NCBI GenBank assembly: GCA_963823665.1
Contig: CAWGMQ010000007.1
Span: forward strand, 96,001-160,000
Length of the DNA: 64,000 bases
Direction of reading: 5' to 3'
Origin: an uncultured Planctomycetota bacterium
GTDB taxonomy: Bacteria; Planctomycetota; Planctomycetia; Isosphaerales; Isosphaeraceae
The stretch's first letter is position 1. The number at the start of each line of letters is the position of its first letter. The translations under genes were made by a program, and so were the position numbers. The notes below the pieces were generated by a model that saw only the letters and a program-made list of their open reading frames with translations, was not told the DNA's origin and did not search any database. Below, one piece after another: positions 1 through 10,416 of the stretch.

Positions 1-1167
1 AATTCGATGAAACCGTGGAATCGAACCGGCGAGCTGCCCCGAAAGGGAACCTCTCGGCTGCCAAACAGGCCCAGTTTCAGGCTAATTCCGACAAGCTGCG
101 CGGAATCAAGGGCCGGCTGCTGGATCTGGCGACGCGTTATCCTCGAAGCAACGCGGCCGAGCAGGCGCTCGTCTATCTCGCGGCCGAAGTCTCGTTCGAG
201 CCCGAAGCAAAGAAGGCAAGAGAACTCCTGGCCCGTGATTACACGCGCAGCGATCGCCTCAAAGTGCTTTTAACCCGCCGGCTGGAACTCTACTGGGCGT
301 CCGAGGCGGTCGAAGATCTGCTTCGCAACGTTCTGGAACAGAATCCGTATCGCGAGATCCGCGGGCTCGCTTGCTACTGGCTCGCGGAAGTGCTTACTTA
401 TAGATATCAGATGCTCCGTCTCTGGCCGATGCAGAGGCCCCAGATCAGGGAGATGTGGCGCCGAAGGTTCAGCCAGCAGGATCTCGAGCGGGTTGAGAAG
501 CAAGACCCCAAGAGCTTGCAAGCAGAAGTTGCACGTCTCTACGAGCGGGTGATCACCGAGTTTCCGTTTGTGCAGAACAACGATACGCGCACCGAACGGC
601 CGCCTTCTATTCTGGGTGAAGTCGCCGGCTACCTTCCCGCCGTGGCCAAAGTCCATCTCGACGAATTACGCCGCTTTTCCGCTGGAAAACCTGCACCCGA
701 GATCCGGGGAATCGACCTGGACGACAAACCCCTGAAAAAGACCGACTACCGCGGCAAGGTCGTAGTCCTGTTCGTTGCCGGGTTTGGTCGCCCCTTTGCC
801 GCTCCACCCGAGCGCGCTCCTGCGCACATCGTGGGAATCTTCCGGCAGCTTGCCAAGACCATGGAAGGCAAAGCGGTCGCCTTCCTCGGGGTGGTCGAGA
901 ACCAATCGCGAACTGTACAGGAAGGAAGTCGAGGCGAATGGCTTGCCGATCCGCTTCTGGTGGGATCCCAACCAGGAGCGCCCACCGGAACGCGCCATCC
1001 CATGGATTCCGACCGCTCGGCCTGGACCAATCCTCACGGCATGGGCTGCCGAAGTGCCCGACTGGTATGTGATCGATCAGCGGGGAGTCATCCGCTACAC
1101 ACAGGTGTTCGGACTAGACTTGCTCGAGAAGGCTGTCACAATGCTTCTCGGGGAAGAAGAAAAGTGA
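1..1167 (+). CDS. TlpA/redoxin-domain protein, 5' partial, frameshift near 900
   Basis: Frame is open from the window edge. ORF 15..1199 carries 'GKPAPEIRGIDLDDKPLKKTDYRGKVVVL'; the thioredoxin-fold C-terminus 'WAAEVPDWYVIDQRGVIRY' continues in ORF 775..1167. Confidence 0.7.
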
Positions 1168-1257
1168 GCAGTGGAGAGAGCTCTCTCATAAACGACTAAC
1201 CTACGAGCTCGAGGCCGAGATAGTCTCGCATGTCTTCAGGACCAGGATTACAGCAAG

Positions 1258-1785
1258 CTAACTGACCAAGCGATTGATCGCGGACCGAATCAACTTCAGG
1301 ATTGCTCTACCACCTGGTTCTGAGATCAATCCAGACGACGCAAAGCCCCAGTCCAGGGGAACATGCAGCCGGCCGTTGCCGTCTTCCCACGGATATTCGC
1401 AATTATCCGGTCTTCTGCCGCTTCTTCTAACAGACGGTGCCAACAGCTCGATTTCCTGTGCGAGATGATTCGCATGCTTGTTCACGTTTCGGCTGGCCTC
1501 CCCTCTGAAATTTAGGGCCGCCGTCTCCGCTCTAATCACGATGGGCAGACCCTTCGAGACAACGCCGTGACTCGCTTGCAAGGACGACGGCGATGTGCCA
1601 CGAGCGCAAGAATGCGACTTCACCAACTTTTCGCACGCCATTTGGAGGAATTGAAGCCTGTGGCAGGCCGGAAGCGAACCGCCGTCAAGGCAATCGCGAG
1701 GTAAGCCCTCGAGGAATTGATACATTCTGAGGTCGGCGTCGGCTTGCCTGGCGTATGCGATCGACCATTCCTGGACGGTCGCCAT
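1258..1785 (-). CDS. HEPN-like domain protein
   Basis: 175 aa with 'ARQADADL...LQMACEKLVKS...SH...EYPW', matching the HEPN pattern QA..DL / Q..EK.LK / H / YP. Confidence 0.55.
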   Translation of the reverse strand: MATVQEWSIAYARQADADLRMYQFLEGLPRDCLDGGSLPACHRLQFLQMACEKLVKSHSCARGTSPSSLQASHGVVSKGLPIVIRAETAALNFRGEASRNVNKHANHLAQEIELLAPSVRRSGRRPDNCEYPWEDGNGRLHVPLDWGFASSGLISEPGGRAILKLIRSAINRLVS

Positions 1786-2234
1786 CAGGTGCCTCCGACA
1801 TGCGCGGGTCTCGAGATCTCCTCACCGATGATCCAACCTTTCGGTAGCTTCAACTCGTTTGAGCGAATTCTCTCAAATTCGTTTGGCGACACCTCAATGA
1901 TAATTGAGGCAAACGGAATTCCGCTTGCTGGAAGTGGGCCGAAATGCAGCGGCATGATGCCCGCTTCGGGCGTGTTGACGTTGACCTCTAGCAATTTGAT
2001 CGGCTCACCATTGGTCACGTCGGGCGCGGTGGTGTCGGTAATGCGGAAGATCTGGGTGAGGCCATCCTCGATTTCGTAGTGTCGCATCGCGAGTTCTCTG
2101 GCGGCGCTGCTGGCGTCGATGGCGGTCGACTGATCGACAGCTATTATAAGTCTTTCGCGGCTACCACACCTGGGACATGGGTCGTTCAACTGCGCAGCGT
2201 CCAGGTCGAGACCGCAACGATGACATTGAGCCAC
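1785..2234 (-). CDS. Hypothetical protein with N-terminal Zn ribbon; putative partner of the HEPN-like gene
   Basis: CxxC...CPxC at the N-terminus; its stop overlaps the downstream ATG by 1 nt (TGATG). Confidence 0.6.
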   Translation of the reverse strand: MAQCHRCGLDLDAAQLNDPCPRCGSRERLIIAVDQSTAIDASSAARELAMRHYEIEDGLTQIFRITDTTAPDVTNGEPIKLLEVNVNTPEAGIMPLHFGPLPASGIPFASIIIEVSPNEFERIRSNELKLPKGWIIGEEISRPAHVGGT

Positions 2235-2466
2235 GGCTTCCCCTTTCGCCGGTTATGGTCGCGATTACCGCAAACTGCACGTAACGCATACTTATAATTC
2301 GAAGCTGGCGATCACGATGTCTGCGTCTTCTCCAGAGCAAATCATTTGCCTCATTGTACTTCCTGAGGGTCGTGCAATGGAAGAACGGGCAATCGTGCTG
2401 CAGGCACGACGTCCCATTTGATGGTACGTGAACCGAATGTCAATTCGTGCTAGCCGAATCGATTGC

Positions 2467-3942
2467 TCACGCCCTCTGCTCCGCCCCCAGCCACTTCAGA
2501 TTGAGCGAGCCGCCGCTGAAAAGCATTTCCTCGAGCGCTTGCTCGACATCCGGCAGCTCGACGCGGCCCGAGCCGTTGCGCTCCAGATGGAACTGCACCG
2601 ACCGTCGCATCAACTCCTTGATGAATGCCGCGCTGACTTTTTCGGTCCGCCCGACGATGGCCTCGACAACTTCTTCCGAAACCTCGACGCCCTGCGAGTA
2701 GAGCCGGACGAGCGTTCGTCTTCCGTCATCATCGGGAAGCGGAAACTCGATGGCCTGGTCGATTCGACCGGGCCGCGCCGAGAGAGCGCGCTCAAGTGCC
2801 TCCGGACGATTGGTCGTGAGGATAAACAGGATATCGGCGTTCTCTTTCAAGCCATCCATTTCGTTGAGCAACCTGTTGAGCAGCGTCTCCTCACAGGCGC
2901 TGCTCATCGTGCTTCGATCGCGAGCGATCAGATCGACGTCTTCCATGACCACGATGCTCGGCTGAAGCAGCCGCGCAAGAGTCATGTATTCCGCCAGGAT
3001 TCCGACTTGCTCGGCGGAGATCAGCAAGGTCGTGTGGCCTTCCAGAGCCTTTGCGAGATAGTGAATCGTGTGGGTCTTGCCCGTGCCGGGAGGACCGTAG
3101 AAGAGAATGCCTTTCTTGGTTGACTGCTTGAACTGCGCCAGTTGCGGCCGCTGCCGGGTGAAATGAATCACATTCCGGTCGAGAAGGTCGAGCGTCTTCT
3201 TCGGCAAAATCACCTGATCTCGTTCGACGGTCCTCAATTTGTGCACCGTTATTCCGCTCGACACGCCCCTGTACCAGTGCTCGGATTGTTCGAGTGACAG
3301 AATCTTGCCGCGATACGATTCGGCCCTCAATACGGACTCTTCCAGGTTCTTGAAGAACATCTGCGCGACGCGGATTCCAGCCTGGTCGTTCACGGTGGCG
3401 ACCTGGAATCGCATCGCAAACGCCGTCCCGTAACCCTGCTCCACTGGTGCCAGGAGTACGACGAACTTTGTCAGCCCTTGCTCGAGCAGCCACAGGCCGT
3501 TCTTGAGACATCGGACCGGCCGCTCCTCGCCGATATTCACCTCCTCGTATTGTGGCGGGACGCTGAGCGTGTCCGTGATCGGATTGCTCGGGACAATACA
3601 ATCACTCAACGTGACTCCGTTGTGAAAGTGATTATCTTGTACGCCACTGAATCGATTGATCGTCACCCCGGACTGAAACACCCTGTCGATGGCACGTTGC
3701 AGATCGGCGCGGACGCGAAATGGAAACTGCCGTTCCGAGATGCTGATTTCTTCAAGCCGAGTCGGCTGGAAGTGCTTCCGAATCAGGACCGAGATCATCT
3801 GCGAGCGGCGACGGCGGAACGCCACAATGACCCGAACGACGATCGCCGCGATGACCGCAACGAACAGAACCGCCATCGCTCCTTCGAGCATACCCACCTC
3901 CAGCGTCGTGGTTGATAACATGGGGATTACGGGATTATACAC
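2467..3942 (-). CDS. AAA+ ATPase with N-terminal membrane anchor (BCS1/FtsH-ATPase-like)
   Basis: Walker A GPPGTGKT, Walker B VVMEDVD, SRH 'TTNRPEALERALSARPGRID'; hydrophobic N-terminal helix. Exact start uncertain. Confidence 0.85.
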   Translation of the reverse strand: MYNPVIPMLSTTTLEVGMLEGAMAVLFVAVIAAIVVRVIVAFRRRRSQMISVLIRKHFQPTRLEEISISERQFPFRVRADLQRAIDRVFQSGVTINRFSGVQDNHFHNGVTLSDCIVPSNPITDTLSVPPQYEEVNIGEERPVRCLKNGLWLLEQGLTKFVVLLAPVEQGYGTAFAMRFQVATVNDQAGIRVAQMFFKNLEESVLRAESYRGKILSLEQSEHWYRGVSSGITVHKLRTVERDQVILPKKTLDLLDRNVIHFTRQRPQLAQFKQSTKKGILFYGPPGTGKTHTIHYLAKALEGHTTLLISAEQVGILAEYMTLARLLQPSIVVMEDVDLIARDRSTMSSACEETLLNRLLNEMDGLKENADILFILTTNRPEALERALSARPGRIDQAIEFPLPDDDGRRTLVRLYSQGVEVSEEVVEAIVGRTEKVSAAFIKELMRRSVQFHLERNGSGRVELPDVEQALEEMLFSGGSLNLKWLGAEQRA

Positions 3943-3982
3943 GGCAAAACGACGCGGCGTCGCGGACTCGAGGAATCATTCG

Positions 3983-4321
3983 ATGATCATCTGGCAAGGT
4001 CTGGGATTTCTGGTGGCCGTGATCGTCTTCGGCTGCTCATTGGCCGGCAACCTCATTTCCAACGCGACTCTCGGCGACGGATACTACGACCACCACACGT
4101 GGCCGGTCGCCCTCTCGCTGATTTGCTCGGCGCCGGTCTGCTGGTTTCTTGGTCGCTATCTGCGTACCAGATCCGACCGCGTCGCCATCGACAAGGCGAC
4201 CGGTAAGGAGTTCGTCATCAATCAGTCGCATCACACGTTGTTCTTCATTCCCATGCATTACTGGTCGCCGGTATTGGTCGTGATCGCTCTGGTGCTGTTT
4301 GGCATGGAGTTCCTCCGTTGA
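3983..4321 (+). CDS. Small membrane protein (about 3 TM helices)
   Basis: MIIWQGLGFLVAVIVFG...HTLFFIPMHYW; GAGGA ribosome-binding site upstream. Confidence 0.7.
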   Translation: MIIWQGLGFLVAVIVFGCSLAGNLISNATLGDGYYDHHTWPVALSLICSAPVCWFLGRYLRTRSDRVAIDKATGKEFVINQSHHTLFFIPMHYWSPVLVVIALVLFGMEFLR

Positions 4322-4483
4322 GAATCGAATCGAGCCGACAAGCGCGAGCGAATACGGATCGCGAACGCCGGTGTCAATCGCGTGATGACTCCTACCACGT
4401 CGGGTTCATGTTGCCGAACGCCTCGATCAAGCGGTTCGGAGGCCGAATGGCCGTGCGATCGTTATCGCTCGCCCCGCGGTCCG

Positions 4484-5620
4484 TCAGTCCGTGACGAACC
4501 CCAGCCGCTCCATCCATCCCCGCTCCTGGTCCGTCAATCGCGACTGGCATTCCGCCACGTTTTCGCCCCAGGCGATGAGTGTCATCACGGGATCGCCCGC
4601 GTCAAACCGCGTCCCGGGCCAAGGCACATCGGCGATCGCCGTCGTTGCAAATGGGTCGATCCGCAAGGTGTCGCCGACCGCAAGCTCAGGGGCCGTGCAC
4701 TCAAACGGCGCATGGATGACGAGCTTCGCGACGACGCAGTGGCTCGAAGCTGCATCTGGTGCCAGCGCCGGGACAACTCCGCCCTCACACGCAAGTCGAT
4801 GCTCACCCACGAACGCCCGTCTCGTTGCGAGCTCGTGCACTTCGACCGACGCCGTGTAACGAGGGTTCACCTCAACGGGCCAAGGCTCACCGTCGCGCAG
4901 CACGTAGTCAATGCCGAACCAACCAACGAGGCCGGACGCCGACGCAATGGCCTCGCCGAGCCTTTGCAGCACAACAGCCAGGGAGTCCTCAATCGGCCAC
5001 GGCCCGATGCTTCCGCGATAGCCAAACGGATTTCCCGCCCCGCCAAGTAATTGCTGCGTCACCCCGAGTAGCCGCGTTCCTTCGCGCCGACCGATATAAA
5101 GGGCTGAAAAGCTCGGGCCGACGATCCGTTCCTGAAAGTAGTAAGAAGCTGAGAAACGAGCGTGGTCGTCCGAGAGCGCCCGGATGTCCCGGCCTCCTCC
5201 AGACCGCAACGGTTTCACCAGCCAGCTTTCGTCGCGCGGCAGCCCCTGCGGATCGCGCCTCACTGCGGGAGCCGGTATCCCCAGCGTGTGAAGCAATGCG
5301 GCGACCCTGACCGGATCACGAACGATCCGAAGTGCTTGTGCGCTCGCCCCCCAGAGACTGTGCCGGCGAGAGATCTGCTCGACCCAGGCAGGATGATTCT
5401 CGAAACCGCCCGTGTAGAACCACGGCGATGGCGGCAACGATTCGGCAACCGCCAGGAATTCGCGCCTGGCTTTGAGCGAATGGATTCGAACAACCGGGCA
5501 GACCGCGGCGAGGTCCCGGTCAGCAAAGTAATCCGCGCAGTGAGGACGCAGCCCCGACCGCAGCGCCGAGAATGCAGCAGCGCGGCAACTTGCGCCAAGA
5601 ATCAGAACATCGTGCGACAA
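4484..5620 (-). CDS. ATP-grasp protein (Orf1-like, H4MPT/methanofuran C1 cluster)
   Basis: 'LILGASCRAAAFSA', 'WLVKPLRSGGG', 'FQERIVG', 'GWFGIDY', 'VEVNPRYTAS'; lies next to fae and mtd. Confidence 0.8.
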   Translation of the reverse strand: MSHDVLILGASCRAAAFSALRSGLRPHCADYFADRDLAAVCPVVRIHSLKARREFLAVAESLPPSPWFYTGGFENHPAWVEQISRRHSLWGASAQALRIVRDPVRVAALLHTLGIPAPAVRRDPQGLPRDESWLVKPLRSGGGRDIRALSDDHARFSASYYFQERIVGPSFSALYIGRREGTRLLGVTQQLLGGAGNPFGYRGSIGPWPIEDSLAVVLQRLGEAIASASGLVGWFGIDYVLRDGEPWPVEVNPRYTASVEVHELATRRAFVGEHRLACEGGVVPALAPDAASSHCVVAKLVIHAPFECTAPELAVGDTLRIDPFATTAIADVPWPGTRFDAGDPVMTLIAWGENVAECQSRLTDQERGWMERLGFVTD

Positions 5621-5631
5621 AGAAGTGAAAC

Positions 5632-5669
5632 AAAAACGCCTCGGCCTGCGGAGACCGCACGCCGAGGCG
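5632..5669 (-). terminator. Intrinsic terminator-like hairpin
   Basis: On the minus strand CGCCTCGGCGTGCGG-TCT-CCGCAGGCCGAGGCG followed by TTTTT, downstream of 5735..6085. Confidence 0.55.
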
Positions 5670-5734
5670 AATTGGGTGTTCTCATCGGCTCACGGGGCGT
5701 GTCCCGTGGGCTGGAAAAATCGAGTGAGAAAGGA

Positions 5735-6085
5735 TCACTCCTTCTCAACCTTTTCGATTTTCTCGGCGGTCAGTTCCTTCTTGCCGTCTTTCTCTTCGAC
5801 CGTTCCGGTGACCTTGACCTTGATTGGGTCGTCTTTGGTGGCCTGGCAGAAGCCTTCCTTCTGGTGGGCCTTCTTGGCGACGTCATTCGCCACAATGTAA
5901 TACGTGGTCTTCTTGCCGTCCTTATCCTCGATCACGACGTTCTGGCAGCTCTTGGTTTCTTTGAGGGCGCACTTGGCGCACATGCCCTCGCCGGTGATGG
6001 TCACCTTCTCGCCATCGGCTGCAATCAACGCGCTCACGCCCGAAAACAACACGCCCGCCGCGACAAGCGTCAACAACTTCCGCAT
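5735..6085 (-). CDS. Small secreted Cys-containing protein (DUF6370-like)
   Basis: Signal peptide, 'GEGMCAKCALK...CQN', Lys/Glu-rich, strongly biased codons. Confidence 0.75.
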   Translation of the reverse strand: MRKLLTLVAAGVLFSGVSALIAADGEKVTITGEGMCAKCALKETKSCQNVVIEDKDGKKTTYYIVANDVAKKAHQKEGFCQATKDDPIKVKVTGTVEEKDGKKELTAEKIEKVEKE

Positions 6086-6452
6086 CGTCGGTCTCCTCGA
6101 AAGGTATCAGAACTGAATCCCTCGACGCAGGACCTCAGGCGCGATTCTCGCACCGCGCCATTTGAAACAGTATTGAAACACCTTCCGCCCCGAAGAACAA
6201 CCACTTTCTTAGGATTTCCGTTATTCATGGCAGGATATCGGTTTAGAATGCGAGTGAAAAGCATGCGCACGCGCCGGCGGCTGGGGGTTGCCCCAATGCG
6301 ATCGGGCGTCTATGATTCGAGTCCAATTCGAGCGCCTGGCCCGACTCGTCGCGGCCGAGCGTCCGGGCAGGTGAGCGGCCTCATTGAGTGCCGGGCGCCG
6401 GCCGGCCGAATCACACACCTTGACGATTGCATCAATCTCGGAGAATCACGCC

Positions 6453-6959
6453 ATGGCCACGGACATCATCATGAACATCGGTGAGGCCCTCGTCGGTGAG
6501 GGTAATGAGATCGCCCATATTGACCTTTTGATCGGCTCGAAGACCGGTCCGGTCGGGACCGCCTTCGCGAACGCGCTCGCCAACCAATCACACGGGCATA
6601 GCAATCTGCTGGCAGTCTTGACACCGAACCTGATCTGCAAGCCGGCTACTGTCCTGATTACCAAGGTGACAATCAAGGGAATGGATCAGGCTGTGCTCAT
6701 GTTCGGTCCCGCTCAGGCCGCTGTGGCCAAGGCCGTGGCTGACTGCGCGGCCGACGGGACCATTCCTGCCGGTGCAGTCGAGGATCTTGTCATCGTCTGC
6801 GGCGTCTTCATTCACCCCGAGGCCAAAGACAAGGCCAAGATCCTCAAATATAATTATGAGGCGACCAAACTTTCGATCCAGCGGGCGATGAAGAATCAGC
6901 CGACCCCGAGCGAGATCACGGCCCAGAAAGACACCGTCAAGCACCCCTTCGCCGGCTGA
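6453..6959 (+). CDS. fae: Formaldehyde-activating enzyme
   Basis: 'IGEALVGEGNEIAHIDLLIG', 'KPATV...KVTIK', 'MFGPAQAAVAKAVAD', 'NYEATKLSIQRAM'. Confidence 0.95.
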   Translation: MATDIIMNIGEALVGEGNEIAHIDLLIGSKTGPVGTAFANALANQSHGHSNLLAVLTPNLICKPATVLITKVTIKGMDQAVLMFGPAQAAVAKAVADCAADGTIPAGAVEDLVIVCGVFIHPEAKDKAKILKYNYEATKLSIQRAMKNQPTPSEITAQKDTVKHPFAG

Positions 6960-6971
6960 GCGGACGGATAC

Positions 6972-7844
6972 ATGCATGCCGAGAAGCCGAAGATCCTGAT
7001 TCAGCTCGACATCGACCCGCAGCCAAGCGTCTTCGACGGCGTGGTTGCGGTCGATTCGGGCGTCGATCATCTTTTCCGCCACGGCGGAGTGACGCCCCCG
7101 GCCGTGCGCGACCTGGTGCACGGGGCCTTATTCACACGCGGGCTCGACGAGCTGCGCTCGACCGCCATCTTTGTCGGCGGCTCGAACGTCGCGGCCGCGG
7201 AAGCCGTCCTGGATGCCGTCGAGAAGACGTTCTTTGGTCCGTTCAAGGTATCGGTGCTTTTTGACGCGAACGGCGCCAACACCACGGCAGCGGCCGCCGT
7301 GCTCGCGGCGCTGGAAAGTGCAGGCGGCGCACTCGAGGGCATCCCCGTCGCGGTCCTCGCGGCAACCGGACCGGTCGGCCAGCGCGCAGCCAGGCTTCTG
7401 TGCAAGCTGGGGGCCAATGTCGCCGTAGCCTCGCGCAGTCTGGAACGGGCGCGGTCGCTCGCCAATTCGCTCGGCGAGAGAATGGGCTGCGCCGTGAATG
7501 CCTTCGCTCCAACAAGCGCAGGCGAACTGGCAGCCACGCTTGAAGACACCAAGGTCGTGATCGCCGCCGGAGCCGCGGGTGCCACGCTTCTGCCCGCGTC
7601 GGTCTGGCAAGGTCTTCCCGTCCTCACGACCCTGATCGACTTGAACGCCGTTCCCCCGCTCGGAATCGAGGGCGTCGACGCGACCGATCGCAAGACGGCC
7701 CGCGGCCACGTCCTCGCCTGGGGCGCGCTCGGAGTCGGGCGAACCAAGATGAAGATCCACAAGAAAGCGATCCAGGAGCTCTTCGTCACCAACGACAGGA
7801 TCTTCGACGCCGAGCAAGTCCTCGAGCTAGGCCGTTCCCTGTAG
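6972..7844 (+). CDS. mtdC: NAD(P)-dependent methylene-H4MPT/H4F dehydrogenase (Mtd family; MtdC type is expected in planctomycetes)
   Basis: 'PSVFDGVVAVDSGVDHL', 'DANGANTTAAAAV', 'ATGPVGQRAA', 'DLNAVPPLGIEGV'. The subtype is inferred from lineage. Confidence 0.85.
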   Translation: MHAEKPKILIQLDIDPQPSVFDGVVAVDSGVDHLFRHGGVTPPAVRDLVHGALFTRGLDELRSTAIFVGGSNVAAAEAVLDAVEKTFFGPFKVSVLFDANGANTTAAAAVLAALESAGGALEGIPVAVLAATGPVGQRAARLLCKLGANVAVASRSLERARSLANSLGERMGCAVNAFAPTSAGELAATLEDTKVVIAAGAAGATLLPASVWQGLPVLTTLIDLNAVPPLGIEGVDATDRKTARGHVLAWGALGVGRTKMKIHKKAIQELFVTNDRIFDAEQVLELGRSL

Positions 7845-7862
7845 GTCAGGCTTCAGCCTGAC
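7841..7862 (+). repeat. GTAG-type REP-like palindrome, family 1, copy 1
   Basis: GTAGGTCAGGCTTCAGCCTGAC; exact reverse complement at 32778..32799. Confidence 0.75.
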
Positions 7863-7896
7863 GATCAATTCGCCTCACATCAGGTCGGGACAATCC

Positions 7897-8892
7897 ATGG
7901 CCCGCGTGATTGGCACCGATCCCGGCACCAGCAGTCTCGACCTGCTGTTGCTGGACGACGGGGCCGTCGTCGACCAGAAGAGTGCGCAGCCCGGCGAGCT
8001 CGCGGGCGACCCCGAGCTGCTCAACCGGCTCTTCGCAAGCTGGGCACCGATCGACCTCGCGGCCGCGCCTTCGGGGTATGGTCTGCCGCTCGTCCGTGGA
8101 GATGCGATGACGGAAGACCACATCGAGCAGATCTCGCTGGTGAGACCCTCCGACCGCGGCCACGAGTCCGGCGTCATCGGATTTCGCGCCTGGGTTCGCG
8201 CATTCCGCCGCACCGGAATACCGATCGTGTTCCTTCCCGGTGGCCTTCACCTCCCCACGATCCCGCCGCACCGGAAGGTGAACTCTGTCGACATCGGCAC
8301 GGCCGACAAGGTCTGCGTCGCGGCGCTGGCGCTCTGGTTCGACTCGCAAAACACGGGTGGCTTCGATCGCTCGACATTCGCCGTGGTCGAGATCGGCATG
8401 GCGTTCTCGGCGATCATGGTTGTGGAAAATGGACGACTGGTCGACGCCGCTGCGGGAACCCGAGGCCCGATCGGTCTTCGAGCACAAGGAAGCTGGGACG
8501 GCGAGCTCGCCTACTGGCGAGGCCCGCTGACCAAGAACGACCTGTTCCGCGGCGGCGTGGCCGACCTGGGCGCGCATGGTCTCGACGCCTTTCGCGAATC
8601 GCTGGTGAAGCATCTCGCCGGCTTGCAGGCCGTCACGCCGTTCGAACGGATCTATCTTTCAGGGCGCGGCCTCGCGCAGCCCGAGATCGCGAGCCAAGCT
8701 CACGAGGCATCCGCGAGATTCGGGCGCGCGATGAGGCTCGGCAACCTGCCGCGAGCTTCGGTCAAACACGCGGCTCAGGGTTCCGCCATCCTGGCTGATG
8801 CATTGGCCGGCGGTCGATTTGCGCCGCTGGCGGATTCGCTGCAGCTAAAGTCGGCCGGGGGATCCGTGTGGGATGTGCTCGAGCGACCGTGA
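7897..8892 (+). CDS. DUF1464 family kinase-fold protein (Orf9-like, C1 cofactor biosynthesis)
   Basis: 'IGTDPGTSSLD', 'APSGYGLP', 'KVNSVDIGTADK', 'KHAAQGSAILADALAGG'. Confidence 0.8.
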   Translation: MARVIGTDPGTSSLDLLLLDDGAVVDQKSAQPGELAGDPELLNRLFASWAPIDLAAAPSGYGLPLVRGDAMTEDHIEQISLVRPSDRGHESGVIGFRAWVRAFRRTGIPIVFLPGGLHLPTIPPHRKVNSVDIGTADKVCVAALALWFDSQNTGGFDRSTFAVVEIGMAFSAIMVVENGRLVDAAAGTRGPIGLRAQGSWDGELAYWRGPLTKNDLFRGGVADLGAHGLDAFRESLVKHLAGLQAVTPFERIYLSGRGLAQPEIASQAHEASARFGRAMRLGNLPRASVKHAAQGSAILADALAGGRFAPLADSLQLKSAGGSVWDVLERP

Positions 8893-9003
8893 AACTTGCG
8901 AGAGCGCGGCTCGCTTTAGACTTCGAAGGTTTTATTCTGGAACACGGTCCGGCTGAAGCTCGTTCGCGGTCTTACTGAGTAGCCTCGTGGCTGCGCGCAA
9001 GTT

Positions 9004-10388
<1,385 letters not shown>

Positions 10389-10416
10389 GGGTCGCCTCGC
10401 TGCCAGAGCCAGTCAG

